NCBI GenBank assembly: GCA_003518365.1
Contig: DOYU01000021.1
Coordinates: 492-64,491, forward strand
Source of the DNA: Candidatus Magasanikiibacteriota bacterium
Lineage (GTDB): Bacteria > Patescibacteriota > Patescibacteriia > Magasanikbacterales > UBA922
Length of the DNA stretch: 64,000 nt
Direction: 5' to 3'
In this document: piece by piece, positions 18,528 to 27,987 of the stretch
How positions within the stretch are numbered: the first letter of the stretch is position 1
Layout: each line of letters opens with the position of its first letter
Notes under the pieces: generated by a model
The model's database searches: none
Told to the model about the DNA's origin: nothing
The model's input: the letters and a program-made list of their open reading frames with translations, nothing else
Program-made: the position numbers and the translations under genes

Positions 18528-19430
18528 TTAAGAAAAATACGGAATCCCCCACCAAAGAGATGGCTCAACATAACGGTGCGGGATTTCAAGTGCGAGTAAC
18601 TTCGTTATATCTTCTTGTGACAATGTGAAAGAAATTGCATCGATATTTTCAGCAATGCGTGACGGCGTGGTACTTTTTGGAATGACCACAACACCTCGGT
18701 CAAGGCCAAAACGAAGGAGCACCTGTGCTGGTGTTTTTCCATACGCTTTAGCAATCGACATAACAATGGGATGATCAATCAGTTTTGGGGTAGGATCTCC
18801 TTCATGCTGTCCGCCAGGACGACCAAGTGGTGAATACGCCGTTATATGAATATTTTTTTCATGACAAAATGCGCGGAGGGATTCTTGTGGCAAGTACGGA
18901 TGCATTTCCACTTGATTCATCGCCGGCACAATTGCCACTCGCTCGAGCAGCGATGTGAGCATGTCTTCTGTAAAATTTGACACACCAATTGCGCGGACTA
19001 ATCCCGTTTCAACCAACATCTCCATTGCTTGCCATGTTTCTTCAAAAGGAATATCAATAATCTCACCTGTATCATTTTGTGCAATTCTCCAATGCATCAG
19101 ATACAAATCTAGATAGTCGAGCTGTAGGTCTTTCAATGTCTTTTCACACGCATGGCGCACACGAGTTGGATCATGTTCGGTATTCCAGAGTTTGCTTGTG
19201 ATGAAGACGTCCTCTCGTTTCACACTGCCACGAGAAAACACACTGCTCAGTGCCTCTCCGATTTCTGCTTCATTTTCATAAATCGCCGCACAATCGATGT
19301 GCGTGTATCCAGCCTCTTCGAGCGCATAGCGCACCGCCTCCCCCACTTTCCCAGCCTCAGCCTTCCACGTCCCCAGCCCAATCTGTGGCATGTTCATCCC
19401 AGTATTCAACTCGATCATCGGAAGAACCAT
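18528..19430 (-). CDS. Aldo/keto reductase
   Basis: IGLGTWK, catalytic D/Y/K context, LDYLDLYLMHW, and IPKSTTPSRIAEN at the C-terminus. Confidence 0.85.
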   Translation of the reverse strand: MVLPMIELNTGMNMPQIGLGTWKAEAGKVGEAVRYALEEAGYTHIDCAAIYENEAEIGEALSSVFSRGSVKREDVFITSKLWNTEHDPTRVRHACEKTLKDLQLDYLDLYLMHWRIAQNDTGEIIDIPFEETWQAMEMLVETGLVRAIGVSNFTEDMLTSLLERVAIVPAMNQVEMHPYLPQESLRAFCHEKNIHITAYSPLGRPGGQHEGDPTPKLIDHPIVMSIAKAYGKTPAQVLLRFGLDRGVVVIPKSTTPSRIAENIDAISFTLSQEDITKLLALEIPHRYVEPSLWWGIPYFS

Positions 19431-19455
19431 ATTTGAAATTAGAAATTAGAAATTT

Positions 19456-19488
19456 GTCCCGCAGAGACGGGATCCCGCTTTGCGGGAC
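19456..19488. promoter_or_regulatory. Overlapping alternative GC hairpins GTCCCGCagagaCGGGATCCCGCtttGCGGGAC immediately after the glycosyltransferase stop, followed by a (GAAATTA)n repeat before the AKR gene
   Basis: Segments A=GTCCCGC, B=CGGGATCCCGC and C=GCGGGAC can pair as A:B or B:C locally, or A:C at long range. Same motif family as the hairpin at 17524-17540. Confidence 0.4.
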
Positions 19489-20856
19489 TTACATTAAATG
19501 CATATCTTCTATCTCACTCCTCTTTCCCTTCAGCACAATCTCTTCTATATGATACGCACCATTTCTCGGCGCATTGAGAAAGCCACTCATGGCAGCCTCA
19601 GCCAGCCAGCCGGATTCGAGCCAGTCAAAGAGCCATTCGTGTGTAAACGCCGGATCTTCTTGTTCAAATCCTGCATTCACGGCATGAAGCCAGGCCTTAT
19701 TGTATTCTTCTTGCGACCCAATTGTTGGTGCGATAATGATCGGAATACCAAGGCCGGCGTAAAATGACAATTCACTCGGCTTTGTCCAAAGAATATCTGT
19801 GGTGCGGAGTACTTCGTTAAATTGTGAAAAATAATCCAGCTTATGTTTTGCAAACATAATATTCACCGTACCACCAAGATGTTTTTCGAGATGAAGTTCT
19901 TTTACTTTTTCATCATAAAATCGATACACATCATTGCGTGAACCAGCGACAAGATTGAGACGAACAGTTCCTTTTTCTATATGTACACGCAAACTTTCGA
20001 GAATCGTGACTCCCACATCTCGCTGAGCACCAGCACCACCGACAGCGAAGGTAATGGTCAATGGATGTTTTGCATTCAAATTGCAATACTGCTTGCCGAG
20101 GTAGGTATGCAACGTGCTTTCGTATTTTTTTTGATATTTTCCATGCGGATCGAGATTGCCAATACGACACCCAAGATCTTCTTTGAGTGTTTTGATAGTC
20201 TTCCCCCCAATATTTTCTTTTGGTAATGGAAATCCTGTCACAAAAATATTTTTTTCTTTCACCCCATACAGCATGAGACGCTGTTTTACTCGCTTTGTAG
20301 GTGCAAAGTACTGAATTCTACTTTTTTCAGGATGAAGCGGAGCCCAGGCACGACTAATATCCGTATCTGTACACAAGCAAAAAATGTCCCCTTTGTATCC
20401 ATGCTCTTCGGCAAAAAATGCCGTGATGAAAAAGGACGTGACAAATGGTTTTGGATCTTCATTGAGCACCTCTATAAGATGTTTCCCCCACCCTTTTGAA
20501 ATCATCTTATAAATTTGTTTGAGCTGAAGTGATGGCGCTGACAAATCTCTCTTTGGATAAAATGGTTTGATCCGCTGGACATAGTCCATGATATCAAAAA
20601 TCGGCTGGCCAATGAGCGGAATCTTTTTCATACGAGAAATAGTCTCGTACACTTTTTGATTATTTTCCCACGTTCGTTTGTCTTTTTTGGGAATACCGCC
20701 GTAATTGTTTGCCGTGATGATCCCAGCTTGTTGCCACCCTACCGGGCAGGCAGCCATATCTTTCAATGGATATACCGCCCGCTGATGTCCGTATCCCATG
20801 TCTACTGTGACAATATAGGCCTCTTTGTTTGATTGTGGTGTTTTTTTCGTTGCCAT
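19489..20856 (-). CDS. Glycosyltransferase, GT28-like (MurG/MGDG-synthase/UgtP fold)
   Basis: N-terminal VTVDMGYGHQRAVYPL resembles the GT28 Gly-rich N-domain. C-terminal FAVGGAGAQRD nucleotide-sugar-binding-like motif. Start set at MATKKTPQ. Confidence 0.5.
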   Translation of the reverse strand: MATKKTPQSNKEAYIVTVDMGYGHQRAVYPLKDMAACPVGWQQAGIITANNYGGIPKKDKRTWENNQKVYETISRMKKIPLIGQPIFDIMDYVQRIKPFYPKRDLSAPSLQLKQIYKMISKGWGKHLIEVLNEDPKPFVTSFFITAFFAEEHGYKGDIFCLCTDTDISRAWAPLHPEKSRIQYFAPTKRVKQRLMLYGVKEKNIFVTGFPLPKENIGGKTIKTLKEDLGCRIGNLDPHGKYQKKYESTLHTYLGKQYCNLNAKHPLTITFAVGGAGAQRDVGVTILESLRVHIEKGTVRLNLVAGSRNDVYRFYDEKVKELHLEKHLGGTVNIMFAKHKLDYFSQFNEVLRTTDILWTKPSELSFYAGLGIPIIIAPTIGSQEEYNKAWLHAVNAGFEQEDPAFTHEWLFDWLESGWLAEAAMSGFLNAPRNGAYHIEEIVLKGKRSEIEDMHLM

Positions 20857-20964
20857 AGCGAGTATGAATAGTATATCACAAAAATTATTCTGCTCACATG
20901 GCGAGTCTTGATTTTTTCGTGTATATTGAGTATTATAGCGAAGCAAAAAAAGATGGGCTTGTCC

Positions 20965-21023
20965 TGCCTTTCGCGAAAGGCGGAGCGCGTCCCTCCCTTC
21001 ACGAAGGGAGGGATATATCGTAT
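20965..21023. repeat. Two adjacent GC hairpins of one family. Hairpin A is repeated at 21322-21353, so the GIY-YIG gene is flanked by it on both sides.
   Basis: GGGCTTGTCCTGCCTTTCGCGAAAGGCGGA at 20965-20994, then TCCCTCCCTTCACGAAGGGAGGGA at 21000-21023. TGGCTTGTCCCTGCCTTTCGCGAAAGGCGGGA at 21322-21353. Both flanks also carry a TATAGTG motif. Confidence 0.5.
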
Positions 21024-21047
21024 AGTGTGTATCAAACAGGAGGGGCT

Positions 21048-21296
21048 ATGTTCTATACCTACCTATTGCAAAGTACAAAGGACAACAATTTTTATATTGG
21101 ATCAACGACGGATTTAAAAAGAAGATTCACCGAACATAACGATGGGAAAGTTTCTTCAACAAAATTTCGTCGTCCAATGAAATTGGTATATTACGAAGCC
21201 TATCCAGAAGAACATCTGGCACGAGTACGCGAACAAAAATTAAAAGATTTTGGTTCAGCATACACAGCACTATTAAAAAGATTAGGGTATAAATAA
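21048..21296 (+). CDS. GIY-YIG nuclease-superfamily small protein (82 aa)
   Basis: MFYTYLLQSTKDNNFYIGSTTDLKRRFTEHNDGK...YYEAYPEEHLARVREQKLK carries the YIG motif, conserved Arg and Glu. RBS AGGAGG upstream. Confidence 0.8.
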   Translation: MFYTYLLQSTKDNNFYIGSTTDLKRRFTEHNDGKVSSTKFRRPMKLVYYEAYPEEHLARVREQKLKDFGSAYTALLKRLGYK

Positions 21297-21411
21297 TATA
21301 GATATATAGTACGTTGTATAGTGGCTTGTCCCTGCCTTTCGCGAAAGGCGGGATAAATACTGTGGTCTTCAAAAGAAGATGAGGCAAACAAAAAAATGCA
21401 TATACATACAT

Positions 21412-21484
21412 GGGCGCATCGTATAGTGGTAGTACATTGGTCTCCAAAACCAATTGCGTGGGTTCGATTCCTACTGCGCCTGCA
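21412..21484 (+). tRNA. tRNA-Trp (anticodon CCA)
   Basis: Manual fold: acceptor GGGCGCA/TGCGCCT with a G1-U72 wobble, D-arm GTAT/GTAC, anticodon stem TTGGT/ACCAA with loop CTCCAAA, T-arm GTGGG-TTCGATT-CCTAC. CCA is not encoded. Confidence 0.8.
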
Positions 21485-21538
21485 CTGGAAAACATACCAA
21501 AAATAAGGTATGTTTTTATAGATAATAGAATAAACGAT

Positions 21539-21973
21539 ATGAAAAAAATAACCATCTCCCCCATGCCGACAATAGATTTTCTCTACATATTTTTTGCAGG
21601 TCTTTTGGGGGCAATCAGCTTCGGCATTGTATTTGGACTCATTGGTCTCTTGTTTGCAGATTATCTCGGCTTTCCACTCGCGGTAGGATCTGAAGAATTT
21701 ATGATGGGAGCTAGCATGATCTTCTACAGTACGCTTGCAATACCAGTCGGCGCATATATTGGATGCCTCAAAACTGCAAAATATTTATCATATACAACAA
21801 AAGACCTATACTCTTATTTTACAGGGTTTGTCCTTATTGCGATTGGATTATTTTTGAAAGATTATGTAAGTGTCTATTCATTGCTAGCATTCGGTGCAGT
21901 CAGTGCATTGGTCTTTGCAATGGTAATGGGGGTCTCTGCAAGCAAATCACAAAAGTCTGACATGACAAAATAG
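21539..21973 (+). CDS. Hypothetical integral membrane protein (4 TM)
   Basis: The track ORF 21410.. overlaps the tRNA, so I trimmed it to MKKITISPMPTIDFLYIFFAGLLG. Confidence 0.5.
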   Translation: MKKITISPMPTIDFLYIFFAGLLGAISFGIVFGLIGLLFADYLGFPLAVGSEEFMMGASMIFYSTLAIPVGAYIGCLKTAKYLSYTTKDLYSYFTGFVLIAIGLFLKDYVSVYSLLAFGAVSALVFAMVMGVSASKSQKSDMTK

Positions 21974-22059
21974 GTCAAATCGATTTAATCGTTATTCATA
22001 TCCAGCCCCAAGCTGAATTTTGAAGTATCGTTCCAAGTGCGTCTCACAACGCATGCTAA

Positions 22060-22095
22060 CAAGATAAGACTTACCCTAGTCTTATTTTTTTTACC
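22060..22095 (+). terminator. Rho-independent terminator
   Basis: AAGATAAGACTTA-ccc-TAGTCTTATTTTTTTT. Confidence 0.6.
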
Positions 22096-22176
22096 AAAAA
22101 TTGGATAATGTTTCTATAATAATATACTATATATGATAATCAAGAATATATTATTCAAGATTAATAGATATAGATT

Positions 22177-22827
22177 ATGTATAGAAAAGGAGAAGTCATA
22201 GGTGTCGGGAATGACAAACGCATATATGCTGACGCAATAACTCCTGAGACAAGAGTTATTGCTGAATTTCGCAAGGAACAAACACCTGAAGAAATAAAGA
22301 GTGTGTACTATCTTGGGAACATAGCTCATATATTATTCCCTCAAAATGTACCCAAAGTATATGAAGCAGGGATGCATCCACAAGAACATACGAAAGTAGA
22401 AAGAAAAAAGGTGGATGTCAATCATAAAAATACGGCTGATCTCATGGTGACATACGAAGATTATTTCATGGGAGATGGTGAAACGGGACCTTCTTCAGAA
22501 GAAGATAGTGAGATGGATGTAGATATAGAAAAAAAAGAAACCGATCCAAGAGTAAAACAACTTTTAACAAAAGCGTCTTCTGTCGGATTATATTTTGATA
22601 CAGGCGGACAAAATTTTTCTTTTGACGATTTGGGTACTGTCCAATATCTTGAAGTGAATCCAGCATTTCATATAGAAAAAAACCACGTCCGTTTGCACTT
22701 CAACGAAAGCAAATTAAGAGATGCCATACAAGCATTAGAAAATGAAAAAGAGAAAAAAAAGGCTACACTATATTTCGAACGATTGATGTCTTTGATCCAA
22801 GTAGCACAAAATAATCTTATACAATAG
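22177..22827 (+). CDS. Hypothetical acidic protein of 216 aa, AT-rich, apparently monocistronic between two terminators
   Basis: No recognisable motifs and an acidic middle region (SSEEDSEMDVDIEKKE). Confidence 0.4.
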   Translation: MYRKGEVIGVGNDKRIYADAITPETRVIAEFRKEQTPEEIKSVYYLGNIAHILFPQNVPKVYEAGMHPQEHTKVERKKVDVNHKNTADLMVTYEDYFMGDGETGPSSEEDSEMDVDIEKKETDPRVKQLLTKASSVGLYFDTGGQNFSFDDLGTVQYLEVNPAFHIEKNHVRLHFNESKLRDAIQALENEKEKKKATLYFERLMSLIQVAQNNLIQ

Positions 22828-22911
22828 TTCCAACTTCCTCCTTCCTCTACGATCCCCTGCACCTCCTGCAGTAGCTCCTGCCGGCAGGCAGGTTAGCGAA
22901 GGCACGGCACT

Positions 22912-22946
22912 TGAAAAACAGAGTGAAAAACACTCTGTTTTTCTTT
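22912..22946 (+). terminator. Rho-independent terminator
   Basis: AAAACAGAGTG-aaaaa-CACTCTGTTTTTCTTTTTG. Confidence 0.65.
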
Positions 22947-22951
22947 TTGAC

Positions 22952-23212
22952 ATGAAGGGAAGAACGGAGTATTGTACAAGTAAACATATACATTATATTG
23001 GTATGGCTCATCAAAAAAATACAATCGGAAAAAACATCAAACGATTACGGCAAGAACAAAAAATTTCCCAAGATCGTCTTTCAAAACTTGCGGATCTTTC
23101 TTTGAATACTATTGTTACCGTTGAAAGTGGCGCAAACGAAAATCCTACTATTGATACGCTCACAAGGATTGCGAAAGCGTTTCAAGTTGGCGTGGATGAC
23201 CTCATAACATAA
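22952..23212 (+). CDS. XRE-family HTH transcriptional regulator, first gene of the defence operon
   Basis: IGKNIKRLRQEQKISQDRLSKLADLSLNTIVTVESG is a classic Cro/C1 HTH. The true start may be the internal Met at 23003. Confidence 0.75.
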   Translation: MKGRTEYCTSKHIHYIGMAHQKNTIGKNIKRLRQEQKISQDRLSKLADLSLNTIVTVESGANENPTIDTLTRIAKAFQVGVDDLIT

Positions 23213-23220
23213 CACCCACT

Positions 23221-24198
23221 ATGTCTAAACAAACACCTACCAATAATCTCGCTATCTACCAAGCTAAAAACGGCGCGATTGAATTTCGCGGTGATTTTGA
23301 GCAAGAGACGGTTTGGGGAAATTTAAATCAAATTGCCGATCTTTTTGGTCGCGACAAGTCCGTTGTTTCCCGCCATATAAAAAACATCTATAAAACAGGC
23401 GAATTAAACGAAACGGCAACTGTTGCAAAAATTGCAACAGTTCAAAAGGAAGGAAGGAGAGAAGTGATGCGTGAAATTGAGTACTTCAACCTTGATGTTA
23501 TTTTGTCCGTTGGGTACAGAGTAGATTCCAAGCAAGCCACGCAATTCCGCAAATGGTCAACGCAAGCGCTCAAGGCACACCTTGTAGACGGGTATACCAT
23601 CAACAAAAAACGCATCGGTAATAACTACGAACACTTTTTGCGTGCAGTGGCAGAAACAAAAGCACTCCTCCCTGTGGGCAACAAGGTTTCTACCGAGGAT
23701 ATACTTGAACTCGTGAACGCATTTGCTGCTACGTGGTTTTCGCTCGATGCATATGACAAAGACGCATTTCCTCAAAAAACAGCCTCAAAAAAGTCAGTTT
23801 CAGTTGACACTGTAAAGCTACTCAATGCGATTGGTGAGTTGAAGCAAGAACTGATAACCAAAAAGCAAGCAACAAACCTATTTGCACAAGAAAGGAAGAC
23901 GGGAACAGTAGAAGGAATCGTCGGAAATGTATTTCAGTCTGCCTTTGGCAAAGATGTATATCCAAGTATAGAAGAAAAGGCCGCACACATCCTCTACTTC
24001 ATGGTAAAAAATCATCCATTCACCGATGGCAACAAGCGCAGCGGAGCCTTTGCATTTGTTTGGTTTCTACGAAAAGCTGGTTTACTCCGACCAAGTCTTA
24101 CTCCAGAAGCGTTGACTGCCATTACCCTCCTCATTGCAGAGAGTAATCCAAAAGATAAAGACAAAATGGTGGGACTAGTGGTGATGTTAATCAAATAA
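23221..24198 (+). CDS. RhuM-family N-domain fused to a Fic/Doc-type C-domain
   Basis: RhuM-like N-terminus: NLAIYQAKNGAIEFRGDFEQETVWGNLNQIADLFGRDKSVVSRHIKNI...YFNLDVILSVGYRVDSKQATQFRKWSTQ. C-terminal HPFTDGNKRSG matches the Doc/Fic motif HxFx(D/N)GNKR. Confidence 0.7.
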   Translation: MSKQTPTNNLAIYQAKNGAIEFRGDFEQETVWGNLNQIADLFGRDKSVVSRHIKNIYKTGELNETATVAKIATVQKEGRREVMREIEYFNLDVILSVGYRVDSKQATQFRKWSTQALKAHLVDGYTINKKRIGNNYEHFLRAVAETKALLPVGNKVSTEDILELVNAFAATWFSLDAYDKDAFPQKTASKKSVSVDTVKLLNAIGELKQELITKKQATNLFAQERKTGTVEGIVGNVFQSAFGKDVYPSIEEKAAHILYFMVKNHPFTDGNKRSGAFAFVWFLRKAGLLRPSLTPEALTAITLLIAESNPKDKDKMVGLVVMLIK

Positions 24199-24200
24199 CT

Positions 24201-25322
24201 ATGGCAAATAAAAACCTTACAAAAGCAAAAAAGGCAAAAAATGATGAATTTTATACTCAATTTTCAGATATTCAAAAAGAAGTTGAGTCTTATCTTGAGT
24301 ATAACCCAGATACTTTTAAAGATAAGATAATTTACAGTAATTGTGACGACCCGTTCGAAAGTAATTTCTTTCGCTATTTTGTATTAAATTTTGATCGTTT
24401 AGGACTAAAGAGACTTATTTCAACGAGCTACAAACCCTCACCTGTTGCCAATACGCAACTGGGATTATTTGGCGATGACAAAACACTTGAAAAAGTAAAA
24501 GGCCGTCCAAAAGTAACCGCTAACAAATTCATCATCAACGAAGTTGGCGATATCGACGGCGACGGCTCTTTTACGCTAGAAGATATTGCCCAACAGCTTC
24601 GAGCGAATAAAAATAACGAATGGACTCCGCTTGAGGGCGATGGTGATTTTAGAAGTGCCGAATGTGTCGAGTTGCTCAAACAATCTGACATCGTAGTTAC
24701 TAATCCTCCATTTAGTTTATTCCGTGAATATATTACGCAACTTTTCGAACACAAAAAGCAATTTCTAATTATTGGTAGCATGAACTCAATTACTTACAAA
24801 GAAATCTTTGTGTTGATTAAAAATAATAAATTGTGGTTAGGTAATGGGTTTAATGCTGGCAATGCATATTTTTCAACTCCCAATGCGCGAAAAGATTTTG
24901 CTTCTGGTGTGTATGATGAAAAAACTGGTCTTGTAAAATTTCGGAATTGTCATTGGTTTACTAATTTAGATCATGGTCGTCGTCATCAGCCTCTTAATCT
25001 GATGACAACAAATGAAAACCTAAGATTTAATAAAAAAATGCAAGGCAAAACTACTTATGATCGTTATGACAATTATGACGCTATTGATGTACCATTTACA
25101 AAAGCTATCCCTTCTGACTACGAAGGAGTAATGGGTGTTCCTATAAGCTTTCTCGATAAGTACAATCCTAATCAGTTTGAGATATTGGGCTCTGACACAG
25201 ACATAAAAGAAGGTAAACTTCCACTTTTAATAATAAGTAAATGGAATGGAAAGCTAGACAGAGGTTATATACATGGAAAGAGAATCTTCAGTAGAATGTT
25301 TATTAAGCACAAAAAGAAATAA
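24201..25322 (+). CDS. N6-adenine DNA methyltransferase (NPPF motif), tentatively EcoRI-methylase-like family
   Basis: TNPPF catalytic motif in [15 protein letters not shown]-terminal [10 protein letters not shown] block. Starts 3 nt after the upstream stop. Confidence 0.6.
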   Translation: MANKNLTKAKKAKNDEFYTQFSDIQKEVESYLEYNPDTFKDKIIYSNCDDPFESNFFRYFVLNFDRLGLKRLISTSYKPSPVANTQLGLFGDDKTLEKVKGRPKVTANKFIINEVGDIDGDGSFTLEDIAQQLRANKNNEWTPLEGDGDFRSAECVELLKQSDIVVTNPPFSLFREYITQLFEHKKQFLIIGSMNSITYKEIFVLIKNNKLWLGNGFNAGNAYFSTPNARKDFASGVYDEKTGLVKFRNCHWFTNLDHGRRHQPLNLMTTNENLRFNKKMQGKTTYDRYDNYDAIDVPFTKAIPSDYEGVMGVPISFLDKYNPNQFEILGSDTDIKEGKLPLLIISKWNGKLDRGYIHGKRIFSRMFIKHKKK

Positions 25323-25323
25323 T

Positions 25324-26487
25324 ATGAAAACAACCTTAAAAAATGATATCACCGTTAAAGAAGTTTGCGACGGCTTTGAATACAACGAATTTGAAGGAAA
25401 AGGTTTGTTTGGTCTCTCTGGCAAACTAACTATTCAGCCAGAGTATCAGCGTAATTATATTTATGCTGACGGCAAACGTGACGTTGCTGTAATTGACTCA
25501 ATTTTAAAGGGTTATCCTATCGGTTTGATCTATTTCAATCAGGCTGGTAAAGACGAGTTTGAAGTATTAGATGGTCAACAGCGCATCACGAGTATAGGTC
25601 GTTTTGTTACTGGCAAATTTGCTGTTAAAGATAAAAACGGTCACGAGCAATACTACAGCGGTATGTCTGAGAGTCAGCGTGAGCAAATTATGAAGACTAA
25701 GTTGTTGGTGTATGTGTGCGAAGGTGACGAGCCTGAGATCAAAGATTGGTTCAAGACTATTAACATTGCTGGAGTGCCATTAACTGAACAAGAGATTCTT
25801 AACGCGGTATATTCTGGGCCATTCGTTACTCGAGCTCGTGAAGAGTTTAGTAATAGTCAAAATACCAACATCCAGAAATGGAGTGCGTACATCGCAGGTG
25901 ATATCAAGCGTCAGGCATACTTGGAACGAGCTCTAGATTGGGTTTCTGATGGATCAATCGATAGTTATATGAGCAAACACCGCAATGACAAAAATATTAC
26001 TGAACTAAAAAAACATTTTGATACTATCATTGACTGGGTCTCAACTATCTTTACTGACGTTGAGAGCGATATGAAAGGCCTTGAGTGGAACAGGATTTAT
26101 GAGACATATCACAAGAAGAAATACAATCCGACTACCATCTCTGCTTCTGTTCAGAAGCTCTATGCTGATGGTTTCGTAAAAAGTCGCAAAGGCATTTTTG
26201 AATATGTTTTAGGCGGAGAAGTTGAAACTAAACTACTTGAAATACGAGTATTTGAGGACTCAACAAAACGTTCAGTTTACGAAGCTCAAACTGCTATTGC
26301 AAAGAAAAAAGGTGTTTCAAACTGTCCACATTGTGCTATTGGGCATGATGCCAATAAAGAAAAAATTTGGACTTTAAGCGATATGGATGCTGATCATGTG
26401 GCTGCTTGGAGTAAAGGTGGAAAAACGGAAGCAAAAAACTGTGAGATGTTGTGTAAAACGCATAATCGTGCCAAAGGTAATCGGTAA
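25324..26487 (+). CDS. DUF262 (ParB/Srx-like) N-domain plus C-terminal HNH nuclease; GmrSD/SspE-like architecture
   Basis: DUF262 hallmark [11 protein letters not shown]...[13 protein letters not shown]-terminal CPHCAIGHD...[12 protein letters not shown]...[10 protein letters not shown] (CxxC...DH...N...CxxHN). Start MKTTLK sits 2 nt after the MTase stop. Confidence 0.65.
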   Translation: MKTTLKNDITVKEVCDGFEYNEFEGKGLFGLSGKLTIQPEYQRNYIYADGKRDVAVIDSILKGYPIGLIYFNQAGKDEFEVLDGQQRITSIGRFVTGKFAVKDKNGHEQYYSGMSESQREQIMKTKLLVYVCEGDEPEIKDWFKTINIAGVPLTEQEILNAVYSGPFVTRAREEFSNSQNTNIQKWSAYIAGDIKRQAYLERALDWVSDGSIDSYMSKHRNDKNITELKKHFDTIIDWVSTIFTDVESDMKGLEWNRIYETYHKKKYNPTTISASVQKLYADGFVKSRKGIFEYVLGGEVETKLLEIRVFEDSTKRSVYEAQTAIAKKKGVSNCPHCAIGHDANKEKIWTLSDMDADHVAAWSKGGKTEAKNCEMLCKTHNRAKGNR

Positions 26488-26493
26488 AATATT

Positions 26494-27987
26494 ATGCACC
26501 TCACAAAAACCGACTATCTCGAATATACCTTTTGCAAAAAGAACCTTTGGCTCAAAAAACATAAGCCAGAGCTTTTTGAAGATGTAGAATTGTCGGAATT
26601 TGAAAAAAAAATTATTGAGGAAGGGAATTTGGCTGATGAGGCTGCAAGAAATTTATTTCCTGATGGAGAATTGATCGGTATCGTCGGAGTAAATGCTATA
26701 CCTGTTACAAAAAAGATACTGGAGAAAAACCCACCAGTATTATTTCAAGGTGCATTTTCATTCAATGACTTTTTTGTTCAAGCGGATATTTTACGTTACA
26801 ACGACATTTTAAAGGGTTGGGAACTTTACGAAGTAAAAGCAACAAATGATGTAAAACGAGAAATCCCTCATCACCATATCAACGACCTTGCGTTTCAAAA
26901 AATTGTAATTGAACAAAATGGGATACACATTATAAAAGCAGGCGTTATTCACCTTAACGGCGAATATAGACAACGAGGCAAAGTAAACTATAACGAACTG
27001 TTCATCATTGCCGAGCTTACTGATGAAGTACTAGAAGCGGAAGAACTTGTACGTGGGCAGATGCGTGATATTCACACATATATGGACATGGCAGAAGAAA
27101 AAAATTGTGAATGTTTGTATCGAGGTAGAAATGCACAATGTACAACGTTCGCTTACTCTAATCCTGAAGTGCCTGAATACTCTGTTCACGATATCAATAG
27201 AATTGGCGGAAGCAAAAAACTGTTTTTTGACTGGATAGATAGAGGGATCTACCGGCTCGAAGATATAGATAACCCAGAAAATCTTACAGGATCAAAAAAG
27301 GCACAATATACTGCGTACATAACAGGTAAGCCTCTCATAGACAAAGAAGCAATACAAAAAGAACTTGGTGAATTGGTTTTTCCTCTCCAATTTTTTGATT
27401 ACGAAGGATATTCTAGTGCTATCCCCAGCTTTAACGGCTTCGGTGCGTATGAACAAGTGCCTTTTCAATATTCACTACATACGCTCCATGAAGACGGAAC
27501 GCTTGAACACCGAGAATATCTCATCACAGAGCCAGAGAATGATTTGACTTTGCCATTGGTAGAAAGAATGAAAGAAGACTTTGATGATGTTGGTACTGTC
27601 ATATCTTGGTACAAATCATACGAATCACAACGAAACGACAAACTAGCAGAACTTCATCCAAATCATGCAGACTTTCTTATTGGCCTCAATGACAGAATGT
27701 TTGACCTCATGACAATGTTTTCCAAAAATTATTATGTGGATGCACGGTTCAAAGGGAGTGCAAGCATAAAAAATGTTCTGCCGGTCATTGTACCGGAATT
27801 AACGTACAAAGTACTTGGTATTCAAAAAGGAGATCAAGCAGTAGAACGTTGGGAAAAAATGATATTTGCAGATATTCATCCAGATGAAAAGAAAGAAATA
27901 AAAAAAGATTTGCTTGAGTATTGCAAATTGGATACTTTGGCGATGGTGAGGATTTGGGAGTTTCTAATGAAAATAAAAAATGTATGA
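26494..27987 (+). CDS. DUF2779-family protein (predicted PD-(D/E)xK-like nuclease N-domain plus RNase-H-like C-domain)
   Basis: N-terminal LTKTDYLEYTFCKKNLWL and C-terminal YCKLDTLAMVRIW are the blocks I recall for DUF2779. The identification is from memory, not searched. Confidence 0.5.
   Translation: MHLTKTDYLEYTFCKKNLWLKKHKPELFEDVELSEFEKKIIEEGNLADEAARNLFPDGELIGIVGVNAIPVTKKILEKNPPVLFQGAFSFNDFFVQADILRYNDILKGWELYEVKATNDVKREIPHHHINDLAFQKIVIEQNGIHIIKAGVIHLNGEYRQRGKVNYNELFIIAELTDEVLEAEELVRGQMRDIHTYMDMAEEKNCECLYRGRNAQCTTFAYSNPEVPEYSVHDINRIGGSKKLFFDWIDRGIYRLEDIDNPENLTGSKKAQYTAYITGKPLIDKEAIQKELGELVFPLQFFDYEGYSSAIPSFNGFGAYEQVPFQYSLHTLHEDGTLEHREYLITEPENDLTLPLVERMKEDFDDVGTVISWYKSYESQRNDKLAELHPNHADFLIGLNDRMFDLMTMFSKNYYVDARFKGSASIKNVLPVIVPELTYKVLGIQKGDQAVERWEKMIFADIHPDEKKEIKKDLLEYCKLDTLAMVRIWEFLMKIKNV

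Noticed and set aside
20898-21047. Upstream 50 codons of track ORF 20898..21296 (MASLDFFVY...)
   Set aside because: This part consists of the hairpin repeats. The GIY-YIG domain starts at the internal Met, which has an AGGAGG RBS.
21410-21538. N-terminal 43 codons of track ORF 21410..21973
   Set aside because: They overlap tRNA-Trp. The gene was trimmed to the Met at 21539, which precedes the first TM helix.
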